This document shows positions 13,327-28,886 of a DNA stretch of 64,000 bases, piece after piece. A program made the position numbers and the translations under genes. Origin of the DNA: Octopus vulgaris. Its lineage: Eukaryota. Position 1 is the first letter of the stretch, and each line of letters opens with the position of its first letter. Under the pieces are notes generated by a model, which was given only the letters and a program-made list of their open reading frames with translations, had not been told where the DNA came from and did not search any database. The stretch spans positions 118,234,001 to 118,298,000 of the forward strand of contig OX597822.1 of the NCBI GenBank assembly GCA_951406725.2, read 5' to 3'.

Positions 13327-13630
13327 CGCCCTTTACAAGCCCAGCCAGGCTCATGGGTCCGGTTTGCCGGTTTCTGTGGCGTATGTGTTTCCCCCAGCTG
13401 GACGGGACGCCAGTCCATCGCAGCATTACTCAAGAAACAGGAAGAGAGAGTGAGAGAAAGTTGTGGCGAAGGAGTACAACTGGGATCGCCACCACACCCT
13501 GCCGGAGCCTCGTGGAGCTTTTAGGTGTTTTCGGTCAATAAATACACACACAACGCTCGGTCTGGGAATCGAAACCGCGATCCTTCGACCGCGAGTCCAC
13601 TGCCCTAACCACTGAGCCATTGCGCCTCCA
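13327..13630 (-). mobile_element. tRNA-derived SINE family B
   Basis: Minus-strand head GGCGCAATGGCTCAGTGGTTAGGGCAG...GGTTTCGATTCCC (A/B boxes). The body resembles 43545-43827. Confidence 0.9.
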
Positions 13631-14349
13631 CATATAGTATAATATGAAAAGAATTAAGATGAATAGAAAGAGTTAAGATTAAAATTGCATAAACATTATA
13701 GGAGGTGGATTATCTTTGTATACAATGACCGTACTTGCATTAGTGTGTATATAAACCCACGAGTCAGTAAATATCTCGGCATTTATTGAGTTCATATTAA
13801 AGCCAGCGGTCGGTATGGGAATAGTGGTATAGCAGCTCATGGTATGGTCAAATGTGATATGGTCAAATATGACATTATATGCAGAAAGCTAAGAGAGGTA
13901 GAAAAAAAATGAAGAGGTATAAAAAGAAAGTGGTATTTTGTAACAGAAAGGAAGAATAGGAAAGCGTTCTTCGGAACGGAGTGCCTCTTTGATACAGTAT
14001 ATGGAGCGGTGGTTGGGCTTTTCGCTGGGTTGTGTACTTAGTGTCTGCACGACGACATTGCTAAATATTTCGGTTTTAGAGATGACGTTGTCAGTACAGG
14101 TTTCATACATTCTCTCTCTCTCTCTCTCTCCCTCTCTCTCTCTCTATCACTCACTCTCACACACACACACACACACAATAGTCATATAAGTGAACGTGTG
14201 TGTGTGCAAATATATATATATTTATATGTATATATGCACTCATATATATGTATATATGTATGTACATAATATAGATACATACATACATACATACATACAT
14301 ACATACATACATACATACATACATACATACATACATACATACATGCATA

Positions 14350-15166
14350 TTTGCTTCAGTCGTTGGGTACCGCTTCGAAAGATTTAGCGGAATAAATCGA
14401 CCCCAGTACTAACTTACTAACTTTTGAATAGCCCGGAACTTATGCCATAGATCCCTTTTTGTCGAACCGCTAACTTACAGGGACGTAAACACACCAGCAT
14501 CGGTTGTCAAACGATGTTGGGGGGACAAACACAGACACACAAACATATACACGCACACACAGGACGGTCGCATGCCTAAAGACATCCTGTACAGCGAACT
14601 CACCACGGGATCCCGACCCAAGGGACGTCCACAGCTACGATACAGGGACGTGTGCAAGCGCGACCTGAGGACTGCCAACATCTGTGTGGACACGTGGGAG
14701 GAAACAGCTGCTGACCGCTCTGCCTGGCGTCGGACGGTGAGGAAAGGCGTTTCCATGGCTGAGGAGAGGAGAGCACAGCTGTGGTTGGACAGGTGGGACA
14801 GGAGGAGGACAACTGCAGCAACACCCCACACGTAGCCATCGATGTTCGTGTGCAGCAACTGTACCAAGGACTGCCACTCTAGAATTGGACTGTTCAGTCA
14901 CAGCAGACGCTGCACATAATCAAAGTAGGCCCCACCCTTGGCGCAACCCATTGTCTATCAAGACAGACGGGGATAAAAATATATATATATATACATACAT
15001 ATATACAACGACTTCTTTCAGTTTCCGTCTACCAAATCCACCCACAAGGCTTTGGTCAGCACAAGGCTATAGTAGAAAACACTTGCCGAAGGTGCCACGC
15101 AGTGGGACTGGACCCGGAACCATGTGGTTCGTAAGCAAGCTACTTACCACACAGCCACTCCTGCGC
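14350..15166 (-). mobile_element. SINE family A interrupted by an RTE fragment
   Basis: The SINE 3' half (14350-14560) and 5' half (14980-15166) flank a foreign insert placed exactly at the internal microsatellite. Confidence 0.88.
14561..14979 (+). mobile_element. 3' fragment of an RTE-clade LINE
   Basis: Translates DGRMPKDILYSELTTGSRPKGRPQLRYRDVCKRDL...WEETAADRSAWR, then after one in-frame stop FVCSNCTKDCHSRIGLFSHSRRC* (C2H2-like C-terminus typical of RTE ORF2). It is GC-rich relative to its flanks. Confidence 0.9.
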
Positions 15167-15559
15167 CCCAATACATAAAATATTTAAATTTTTAATATTT
15201 AATTTTAAATATATAGTAAGATATTTTAAACATCAAATAGTTATGAGGATCCAGGAGAATAAAGCTAGAATCAAAGGGATCCATATGGAGAAAATGGTTG
15301 AGAAATGCTGATTTCGATGGTTTGTAATATGTATTTCGCTTTTATAATGTAACTTGTCAAAACAATGGCACAGTTAGTTACTGGTTTCCAATGGCCCGAT
15401 TAATGGTTCGTTGCCGTTTGGACGGCAGAACTGATAAGGGACTGTTTATTACTTGATGCAAAACAAATATCGCCAAGGACTTTATTTGTGTCGTGCTTTC
15501 AACCACTACATCTTTCCTTATAGGTTGGTTATATTATGCTGGTATTTGAGGTGAAATTA

Positions 15560-16745
15560 TTTTCAAAAAATGTTATGAAATCTTTTAAAAGGATGTTACT
15601 AACCTTTTCTGGGAAGTTCTTTCTAGTGTGTGAGCGCTTTCGTTAAACCTTTTCAAATACACGTGCTCTTAAAGAAGAAGTTGTTGTTTTTGGTTTAGTG
15701 GTAGTATTATTCCCGGTTTATTTTCGGACTTTCGGTTTTGGCCATAAATATTCTTTAACCGTTGTTTACTATATGGAGCGTTGGCTATTCTCGATTTAAT
15801 TTCGGATTTAGAATTCTTATAAAGTATTCTCCTTTTGTCTTTCGTAGTTGTACATTTTCATCGTTTATTTTGCAAAATGGGAATATTTTAAATTTGCCAT
15901 TTGCATAGATATCTAGATGTTCACTGCATGGGACATTCCTAAGGGATGAATCCCCAATTTGTTGTTTATGCACATTTACACGACTGCTCAGTTCCCTCCC
16001 TGTCTCCCCAATGTAGTTTTTGTTGTATTGTGGGCATGTGATGCAGTAGATGAGGATTTTTGTTTTGCATTTCATGTTCGCATTCACTTTTAATTCCTTC
16101 CCATCCTTGACCCTTTTGGTTGTCCCTTGCTCACTTAATTCCCATATCCCTCAACGGAGTCTCCACAGTTGGTTACTTGCATCGTTTCTATTTCAAATGT
16201 GAATCTCGCCTTTGTTAGGAGTCTCTTAAGGATAGGTGGTTGTCTCCAACTGTTGATAATTTGTAATTTTTTTTATTATTCGTTGGAGATTTGGTGATTG
16301 ATGTACAATTGGGTGGTATCTTTTGGCTGAGTGCAGGATACTGTGCTTTTTAGGATTGTGGGTAACTACAAACGGAATATTTTTATTTGTATTTTTATTT
16401 TCACACCTAGCCTGAGTGTTTCTCCGTAAGTTAGAGATCGGGATTTTCTTTGCTGAATTCACTTGTCGGGATATTTTTGTTTTTGAAGGAATATATTATG
16501 TTTTGCCAGTCATTTCCCTCGTCTAACAATATCTGTGACTATTGAGCATATCTGCCTTGCCATATTAAATGGTATGCGCTTTTTGTATGGGAAGGATGGC
16601 AAGATCTCAAATCTGAATATTGGCGTGTGTCCTTGTAGAAGAGGTCAGCTGTAACTGTCTCATTTTCTTTAATTATGAGGATGTCCAGAAAGGGGAGTTC
16701 CTTTTCATTCAATTCCATGGTGAATTGGATTGAGACATGAATACT
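15560..16745 (-). mobile_element. Decayed Penelope-like element (Neptune type): RT C-terminus + GIY-YIG
   Basis: Frameshifted pieces ELPFLDILI, SCHPSHTK, IPFVVTHNP and LIYCITCPQYNKNYIGET...FKIFPF...LNPKLN, all homologous to the 46207-47631 ORF. Confidence 0.9.
15628..15662 (-). ncRNA. Decayed minimal hammerhead in the PLE 3' region
   Basis: Minus strand reads gtgtat-TTGAAAA-ggtttaac-GAAA-GCGC-TC-acac. Helix III is palindromic (AGCGCT), but the CUGANGA box is mutated. It lies about 120 nt downstream of the GIY-YIG stop. Confidence 0.45.
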
Positions 16746-16775
16746 ATTTATCAATTTTTATAATTTTGGAAGGTC

Positions 16776-16833
<58 letters not shown>

Positions 16834-17493
16834 CACACACACAAACATACATATAGAGGCATACATATATATACTTGTGAATATACATGTAAAAAAATAT
16901 ATGCGTGTATGTTTGTGTGTGTGTGTGTGTGTGTGTAAGTATGCATGTATGTACGTATGTATGAATCAATTCTTTCTCTCAAATAAATTTTGTCTCCACC
17001 TCTAAATTTACTGATACGTTACACATACACGCGCACACATAAGCATGTGTACATGCACGCACGCACATTTCCACGAACATATACACACTGATATCAAACA
17101 GGATTTTTTATCTCTCTCTTTTCTTTTCTCTACCTCTCTCTGTCCCTCTCTCCTTCTCTCTCTTTTCTACCACTCTCAATTCATTACCCCTCTATCTCTC
17201 TTTTATCATAGTCTCTCTATTTCTCTGACTCTCTCTCTCTCTCTCATCTGTCTCAGCACAGCTACTGCTTTCTCCTTCTGTCATCTCATTCTTTGAAGGA
17301 AATCGACCAACAAAAGAACTACTTAACACGTGACCTACCTTTTTACATATTATAATAAAAACAGAACAATAGAGAAGTCGTGTGGCATTTAAACGGTAGA
17401 ATCGAGTTTGTTGACCCTGAGAAAACATATGACATTCTAGATATTACAGAAAGAGAATAACGACAGGCATTCAAGACAGGGAAAGAGAAATGT

Positions 17494-17593
<100 letters not shown>

Positions 17594-18019
17594 CACTTGA
17601 AAGCAGACATGGAGAAGCAGACAATCAAGCGGGGTCACCGGAGAGGTTCGGTAAATGTTGTGCCAAACTGGCTGAAATTCCTTTAATTGTACCTGCTTTC
17701 TTATATTGCGATTGCACAGACTTTCACAAATCTTTATTGCATTGTAAAGGAAAAAGTAGATTATCATCTTCTTTACACCATATGGTATAGTGTGTTATTG
17801 TCGTTGTTGTTCTTGTTGCTGTAGTTTAACCCAACTCCACTCTCACTTTTGCAGGCCTATAATCAAAGCATTTACTTATTGTTGCGTATTTCTATCATTA
17901 TTACACTTCTTGAAGGGTTCTTCACCCTATTTCTCCATTGATTCATTTGATGTTTCAGGAAAAGTCATTCCAGTCGTGACTTCCGTTCAGTCTTTCAAGC
18001 TTGAGTTTGGTGTTTAACA

Positions 18020-18104
18020 TTTACGACAGCTGTTTCGGTACAATTTTATTAAAGCTTTCATAGAAGATTACGTCGTAACATATAATCCACCATCATCAGG
18101 TAAA
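18020..18104 (-). ncRNA. Type I hammerhead ribozyme, intact core, 56-nt helix II region
   Basis: Minus strand reads tttac-CTGATGA-tggt...acc-GAAAC-agct-GTC-gtaaa. Helix I has 5 bp, helix III is palindromic (ACAGCTGT) and the cleavage triplet is GUC. Confidence 0.85.
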
Positions 18105-18255
18105 ATCTTTAGACAGGTGAGATTTTATTTACATCAATGACTTTGGACACGTCCGGGTCGATGTAAGAAACTTTATCTATTTAAAATCACACACATACAC
18201 ACACATATGCACACATAGATACACACAAACATACATCAAACATACATATACACAG

Positions 18256-18567
18256 GGTAAAGGGTAAAGATCTCTTTCGGTCATGAAAGTTCCCCTCCGA
18301 GACACAAGTCCGGACAAAGTTGTTTATGGATGACCAGTAGTCGCCTATGCATACCAGTTTTCCCACTCCACGCCACTGATGTTCTCCAAGGGAAAGGCAA
18401 AGGCCAGTACCGTTTGGCACCAGTAACGTCGCAACTCATTTCTATAGCTGAGCAACTTGAAATAAAGTGTCTTGCTGAAGAACACAACACACAGCCCTGT
18501 CCGGGAATCGAACTCATTACCTCATGATTGTGAGCCCAACGCTCTAACTACTGAGTCATACACCTTC
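18256..18567 (-). mobile_element. tRNA-derived SINE (family B-related)
   Basis: Minus-strand head TGACTCAGTAGTTAGAGCG...GAGTTCGATTCCCGGAC, then a CORE-like TCTTCAGCAAGACACTTTATTTC segment and a (CCCTTTA)-type tail. Confidence 0.8.
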
Positions 18568-20060
18568 AAATAGGTCAACATAAATATGGTAACCAAAGCG
18601 GTCGATATTCTTCTTCAATCTAGATAAGGGCGTGGGTACGTGGTTCAGAAACTCACTTTGAAACCACGTGGTTTCAAGTTCAGTCCCACTGCATGGCATC
18701 TTAGTCAAGCATCTTCTTTAATTCTGAACTGACCCATGCCTTGTGAGTGAATTTCATAGACAGAGACTCTACGGAAGCCTACTGTATATGGGGAGGGTTG
18801 TCCCGAAACTACTTCACAGTCATTGTTGGTTTGTTTACATCCCATTAACTTAACATTTTGCAAAAGAGACCAGACTTTAAAACAAGTAGTGGAGTCGATT
18901 GGAGATGATTTGTTTGGCTAAATCCTAGGTCGTGCCCCAGCATGTCCACAGCCCTGTGACTGAAACAAGAAGTTAATTAAGTTAATTCATTCATTCAGAC
19001 GAGGGCATATGTAAATATAATACATATACACATATACATACACACTCATCTACTCGTCCTTACACACACACATGCAAACACACACACATACACACACACA
19101 GACGCACACACGGATCGCCGTTCGTTTCCACGCTGTTTTTCGATCGACGAAATTATTTGTTCATTGAATTATTCTATAAAAAGTGGTTGTGTATTCTTGC
19201 ACTCTTAATGTAATCCCCAATAAGAATCAGGGCGACACAGGTACAATCCATCCGATGGTCTTCCACACAGTTTCCATCTACCCAGTTTCATTCACAAGAT
19301 GTGGGCCCGTTTAAGGCTATGGTAAACGACAATTGTCCAAAATACCATGCAAGAAGATCGAACCCGGATCCTTAAGATTGCGAAACGAACTTCTGAAATA
19401 CTCAGCTGTGACTGCGTCCAGATGCACGCACACGCCTGCGCCTTCATGATAATCCTTAAGTTTGTTTTAACCACGAACCTTCTGACCACATTCTCACGCT
19501 TTAATCTTTCCAAAAGGTTCAATGCATTAATTTAAACAGGGTGATCACAGCTGGCTTTGATCAGGGCCGTCTTAGCAGTATTATAGGCCTCTAAGCAAAC
19601 CAATGAACTGGGCCCTTAGAAATTGACTCCTAGAACTGCGAGATCCTCGGACAATTGTTTAGTGTTCACATACCTTAAAATGGGAGTGGCTTTCATTTTA
19701 GCTCTGTTCGATCAGGGTCCGTCTGGAGTTTAGCAATATTGGTGAAAAGATGAACTGATGCACGTAGAATAAATGTTCCTATCCAAGAGACAAACGAAAG
19801 ACTTCGAAGGAATTTGAACGCAAGAACTAGCTATCCATTACTACATCCACATGTCTGCTTGTACACAACACACGTAAATTATGATTGCTAATTAAAACTA
19901 TTTTTGTAGTCGATATTTAAAGTTTCTTCAACGGTTGTTTGTTATATTAGCAAATATATTATTTTCAGGTGTAAAAAGTCACTTATAACTTTATTTACAT
20001 TAATCATTTAATTGCTTTCTCAGCAAAACTGAGAGGACTTTGTCTGACACTTATAGAGTG

Positions 20061-20193
<133 letters not shown>

Positions 20194-20216
20194 CATATAT
20201 ATATACATATATATAT

Positions 20217-20274
<58 letters not shown>

Positions 20275-20319
20275 AGAGAGAGAGAGAGATAGACATACAT
20301 ACATACATACATACATACA

Positions 20320-20353
<34 letters not shown>

Positions 20354-20530
20354 CATACATAAGTTTCTAGTGTAATATATGGATTCTTAGAACCGTGTAG
20401 CTATCACAGAAAGCTCCTCTAGTGGATTCGGCTAACAGACCACATAGTAATCCAATACGGAGGAGTATAATCCAGAGATCCATGCAGCTAAAATCCAGGA
20501 GATCCGATCGGTGAAATTATGTCAGGAGGA

Positions 20531-20645
20531 TTACGGCCGTTTCACAGCCTTCATCATATGAGCAAGCATATGAGTGCAGACATGTAAAATAATAATTATA
20601 CGCTGAAATTATTATTACATAATGAAGGCTGTGAAACGGCCGTAA
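20531..20645. repeat. Fold-back with 24-bp perfect arms, each a hammerhead-like 3' half
   Basis: TTACGGCCGTTTCACAGCCTTCAT pairs with ATGAAGGCTGTGAAACGGCCGTAA, around an inner AT-rich hairpin at 20582-20620. The minus strand of the left arm reads ATGATGA-aggctgt-GAAAC-ggcc-GTA. Confidence 0.75.
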
Positions 20646-20810
20646 CTCTATGGGTGACAAGTGGTTAAATAAACATATTCACCTCTCATACCTCCTGGCG
20701 TTTTATAGTTAACACACACACACACACATACACACACATACACACACACACATACACACACACACGCACACATACATACATACATACATATATATACATA
20801 CATACATACA

Positions 20811-20843
<33 letters not shown>

Positions 20844-21094
20844 GTGTGTGCTTGTGGGTGTGTGTGTGTACTTTCTCCTTTCCCCCTCACTATCTGTCTA
20901 TCATTGATCATTTCATGTCTCTCTTACACCCGTTATCCAAAGTATGGGTCTCACACTCGGTCACTCACCCTCATAACCAACCAAACATCACCACCCCAGA
21001 CACACATACACACTCGTTCGCTCTCTTCATAACTATTGTCATTTATATTGGGTCCTCCGGAGTACGAACTGACTGCTGTGACAAACTGCCCCAT

Positions 21095-23700
<2,606 letters not shown>

Positions 23701-23902
23701 ACTCACGCAACATTCTTAAACACAAATACCCACACCGCATACACACACACACACGAACACTTGCGCGCGCTCTCCATTGCTCTCCTTTGCTGTCATAATC
23801 ATTCGTTCTGTTTCCTTCTGCGCTTAAATGGCAGTAGCAGACGGAAAATGTGGATATTTTTAAAGAAAACTTGGGAAAGTGGCATCTCGAGTCGGTCAAA
23901 GG

Positions 23903-24089
23903 ATGAAAAATTTCCTGAAATTCAAGACCCAGGAGCCCACAACGGACCCGCGGAAATTCGGTGAGGAATTCTACCTCCGAGAAGCACGTCTCTGGAGACC
24001 GTTCCGGCTGTTTGGAGTATGTGCCACAGTGGCGGCCCTTCTCTTCATATCGACCGGTATTGCTAACGGACGATGGGTGGTCATCAGAG
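23903..24089 (+). CDS. Probable first coding exon of a claudin/PMP22/EMP-like tetraspan membrane protein
   Basis: Translates [62 protein letters not shown](G). The sequence is non-repetitive and GC-richer than its flanks, with an in-frame upstream stop at 23861. A short N-tail, one hydrophobic helix and then Trp match the claudin superfamily pattern, and it ends at a phase-1 donor AG|GTAGGT. No downstream exons were identified. Confidence 0.65.
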
Positions 24090-24180
24090 GTAGGTAGAAC
24101 TGTGCTTACCAAGGAACATATGTATGTGTGTATGTGTGTGTGTATACACACACACGTACACACACACATATATATATACA

Positions 24181-24212
<32 letters not shown>

Positions 24213-24353
24213 AATATATATATATATATATTTATGAATATATATATATATATTTATGAATATATATATATATATTTATATATGAATATATATATATTTA
24301 TATATGAACATATATATATATATATATATTCATATATAAATATATATATATTC

Positions 24354-24440
<87 letters not shown>

Positions 24441-25431
24441 TACACAGAGACAGAGATAGGTGGGTGGGTGGGTGGGAGAAGAACTACAGATTAAAAGAGA
24501 AGCACACACACACACACACACACACGCCTTTGGTTTCCATTCTTAGGACCTCTTATAACGATATATAGTCAAATTTACATGTGAAATAATGTTGCTGATT
24601 TTATTTATATATTTATAAGGATATCAAATAACACATACAGACAAACATACACACATACATCTTAGCACACATACATATACCTATGCCATATCTTTTTTCC
24701 CCTTTCTCATTTTTTCTTCTTCCTTTTATTTATATTTTTTCTTTTCTTCCTTATCTTCATTCTTCTTCAACCCCTAATCTTAAAAATACACATCGCAGAA
24801 AACGATCACCAAACATTTGACTGAGAAGACCTTAAAGTCTGTTGTGACATTGCTGTGCTTGTTACAATTCCGTTAGATATACTGGCAATAGTTGAAATTC
24901 TTGTAATTATTGTTGGTGTTGCTGTTGTTAGTGGTGGTAGTGTTGTGGTCGTCGCCGCCGTTGGTGTTGTTCTTTAGCTCCAGGTCAACCTTGACCAAGC
25001 TGTCCTACAACCAAACAAAGCAGTCACCATATTTTCCATTTAGAAGTATTTGAAGATTACATTATGCAATTCGTCCTTCCATTCTTTAAGTTCTTTAAGA
25101 TTCTAAAAGTAGTTTGATGGTAATTTGTCTGGGGATTTTTTTTCTAGCAAACACATAAAGACTTCCCCGTGACGGAATGCGGTGGTGATATGATGTTAAT
25201 ACAATATTGATAGTACTAGTGGTAGATGGTGGTGGTGCTGGTGGTGGCCCTAATGATAAGCGCTCGTTTAATTTCAGTTAGTCAAGTAAACTGATGTCAG
25301 CATTTTAAAACAGGGCGGGGAAGTCCTCGAGTGCGCGTGCGAAATTTCACCTGCATCCAAATTTGTCGTAACCAGCTGACGACCTATGTAAACACCTATG
25401 TAATAATAATAATAATAATAATAATAATCCT

Positions 25432-25604
25432 TTCTACTATAGTCGATTACATCGAGCCCAGTATTCGACTGGTACTTAATTTATCGACCCCGAAAGGAGG
25501 AAAAGCAAAGTCGACCTCGGCGGAATTTGAACTCAAAATGTAAGGACAGCTAAAATGCCGCTAAGCATTTTGCCCGGTGTACTAACGATTCCGCCAGCTT
25601 GCCA
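25432..25604 (-). mobile_element. SINE family C (Nin/Deu-like central domain)
   Basis: Minus strand reads GAGTTCAAATTCCGCCGAGGTCGACTTTGCTTTTCCTCCTTTCGGGGTCGATAAATTAAGTACCAG. Confidence 0.85.
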
Positions 25605-25965
25605 TTTCTATTTGCCACAGGTGCATAGACGAGGGAGACGGACAGGTGTAAGTTCATATAAGTTGTGTAACTATGAATTTTAAAATTCTTTACTTTTCTC
25701 AGAGCATATGTACCTTTTATAGATTCTTATTCACTTATCGTTTCACACCTGGTCCCGAAAACGTGCCCCAACACTAAATAGAGAGATGTGTTAGATGGTC
25801 ATAGTTGTTGCAGTCGGGATGTTATGGAGCTGGTCACACCAAGTAGTAGAGTTAGTAGAGGACTAGTAGTTATTGTGACGATGATATAGTGACATAGTAA
25901 ATAGGCGGGCTGAATTAATGGTATATCTATCTATCTATACTTACATATATATATATATATGTGTG

Positions 25966-26044
<79 letters not shown>

Positions 26045-26239
26045 AAGAAGCTGTCTTGGCTATCCACGAGCGTAGTTAGTCAATCGGGTCCCCGAGATAT
26101 TATCCATAAAAAATGCTTAGTACCATCTAGTATCATAAAACACACGGAACGTATCAGGCTGTATTCATTGACGTGTGTATGTGTGTGTGTATATATGTGT
26201 GTATGTATGTATCTAACTATCTATCTAAACTATGGGTAA

Positions 26240-26344
<105 letters not shown>

Positions 26345-26421
26345 CAGACAGATAGATAGATAGATAGATAGACAGATAGATAGATAGATAGACAGACAGA
26401 TAGATAGATAGATAGACAGAC

Positions 26422-26502
<81 letters not shown>

Positions 26503-26974
26503 TGCATCAGTTTTCTTTTTTACTGCCTTTTGGGGACCGAATCAAACTATTTTGAATAATAACAAATGTAGCTCTCGTTAAATGTGCTGAGTCTCTTTCT
26601 TTCGTTTGTCCACTTATATACAATATATACATTACGAGTATATATATGTGCATATTAGACGACTCACTGTTACACACCTGTACACACACAAACACAATAT
26701 ATACACATATAAATGACTATAGCTAAACCTATTAAACAGAATCGTTTTGTTAGTCCTTGTTGAAGGCTCTCCTGTATCAGGGGGGGGGGATACTTTATCC
26801 ATGTATTCATATATATTATTCACTATCGTAGACTTTTTCCTCTCGTTTCTTCCTACCTTCACACCTGTTTCGCCCACCCGATTTTATGTAATCACTGCCA
26901 TCACTACACCACTCATACACACACAAATTGTAACCTGTCTTTGTAATGTACTTCTCAGCTGACACCTCCTGTGG

Positions 26975-27205
26975 CAAATATAAGAACTCATCATGATCAT
27001 CGTCATTAGACCATCGGGAAAAAAAATATTATTTTGCGGTATTTCTTTCGGCTAATTTGTGTTCTGATTTCAAATCCCCGCCGAGGTCAGATTTGCCTTT
27101 CATCTTTCCAGGGTCGATAAAAAAATATAGCGTCAGTCAAACATGGAAGTATATGATATCGACTGACCCTCTCGTCCACTCCACTTCACCTGAAATCACT
27201 GGTCT

Positions 27206-27239
<34 letters not shown>

Positions 27240-27380
27240 GTTGTTGAGTTCAAATACCGCCGAGCTCGACTTTGCCTTTCATATTTTCGGGGGTCGATAA
27301 AATAAGCACCAGTTGAGCATTGGGGGTCGATGTAATCAACTTACCTCGAACTTGCTGGCCTTGTGCCAAAATTTGAAACC
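26975..27380 (+). mobile_element. Two diverged SINE family C copies separated by (GTT)n
   Basis: Both contain CCGCCGAG...TTTGCCTTTCAT...GGGTCGATAAAA. Confidence 0.75.
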
Positions 27381-27839
27381 ATTATTGTTGTTGTTATTGT
27401 TGTTCGTCTTTGAGTTAGCCCTCGTCGACTTGCTTTGAAGTTCCACTAGGAAAAGCAGGTGAGGGCGCAGGTGGAAGTGCTCTCCTCCAGTAAGTTGATT
27501 AAAAGGTGAGTGACAAATAGTTAACATGTCATCAGCGAATAGGTCAACTTTCAACATGTGCCTACGGGTCAAAGACGAACTATTGAGAGAAGGTGTTTGC
27601 CCTTTGCAATTCTTGTGATCTTGGATCTGTTTCACTTCTTGGCTTCAAACCTCTTCTTCTTAGACGATATCATATACTTGGATATGGCTTATTTTTTGTA
27701 TTTCTTTCCCTTTTTTCTTATGTGCTTTTGTTGTTTTTTGCAGGGTGGGAGCGGGTACTCTGTAAACCCCTAATACTTTTTGCAACCTGTCTCAGCAATG
27801 TCTCCTTCATCCGTTGTCCTGGTGGTAAACAGATAAAAT

Positions 27840-28061
27840 TATCATCATCATCATCATCATCGTCATCAATTTCATTCTCCTCTCCTCATTCTCGTTGTCG
27901 TCATCGTTTTCATTCTTCTCGTCATCGTCGTCATCTGTCATCTGTCATCGCTGACAGCGACGACGTCACCGTCGCCATCTACGTCGTCGTCATCATCACC
28001 ATTTTCGTCATCGTTGTCGTCATTATCATCATCATCATCATCATTATCATTATCGTCGTCG

Positions 28062-28122
<61 letters not shown>

Positions 28123-28182
28123 TATCATTATCGTCGTCGTCATCATCATCATCATCATCATATCATCATTATCATCATCATC

Positions 28183-28237
<55 letters not shown>

Positions 28238-28244
28238 CCATCAC

Positions 28245-28302
<58 letters not shown>

Positions 28303-28540
28303 TTCACCATCATCGTCATCGTCGTCGTTATTGTCATTATATTCATTGTCGCCGTTGCCACCATCATCATCAACATCATCATTAAAATCATCTTCACCGT
28401 CATCATTATCATCATCGTCATCGTCATTATCGTCATCCTTGTCGTTGTTGACATCAACATCATAATCATCATCATCATAATAATCACCATCATCATCATC
28501 ATAATCATCATTATTATTATCGTTATTATTATTATTATTA
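27840..28540. repeat. (CAT)n/(CGT)n trinucleotide low-complexity tract
   Basis: Direct reading. The poly-H/S/I/M ORFs are artefacts of this tract. Confidence 0.95.
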
Positions 28541-28834
28541 ATGTGACGGGTACCCGAGTTAATATCTTGGTTGACAACTACTGTGTAATCGATGCTGTAA
28601 CATGGTAACGGTTACTACTAGCAACAGCAGTTATAGTGTGATTGTTATCGTTTAACCCCAAGTTAGCCCTGATTAAGCACAAAACCTATGATCACTTTTG
28701 TCTTCCAGACATGACCATCCTATCTTATTTTTATCCAAGCTTGTCTTTCCTTTATTTAATATACTTAGGGCCTGCAATGAGGGAGATATGGTTGCTACTT
28801 CTCGTATATCGAGGTTCATCATTGGCATGAGTAC

Positions 28835-28886
<52 letters not shown>

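Noticed and set aside
13560-13630. tRNA-like sequences here and at other A/B-box sites
   Set aside because: They continue directly into SINE bodies, so they are SINE heads rather than tRNA genes.
19562-19690. hAT-like MITE start (CAGGGCCGTCTTA); similar weak hints at 15290-15311 and 32333-32460
   Set aside because: A matching second terminal repeat and target-site duplication could not be identified.
27336-27635. Minus-strand ORF containing FADD
   Set aside because: No other RT motifs surround it, so it is probably chance.
27744-27822. Possible second exon after a good acceptor (TTTTTTGCAG|G), in phase with the 24089 donor: GWERVLCKPLILFATCLSNVSFIRCPG
   Set aside because: It lacks the claudin GLW motif, the donor is ambiguous and it adjoins repeat-like DNA. 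It cannot be supported without RNA-seq.
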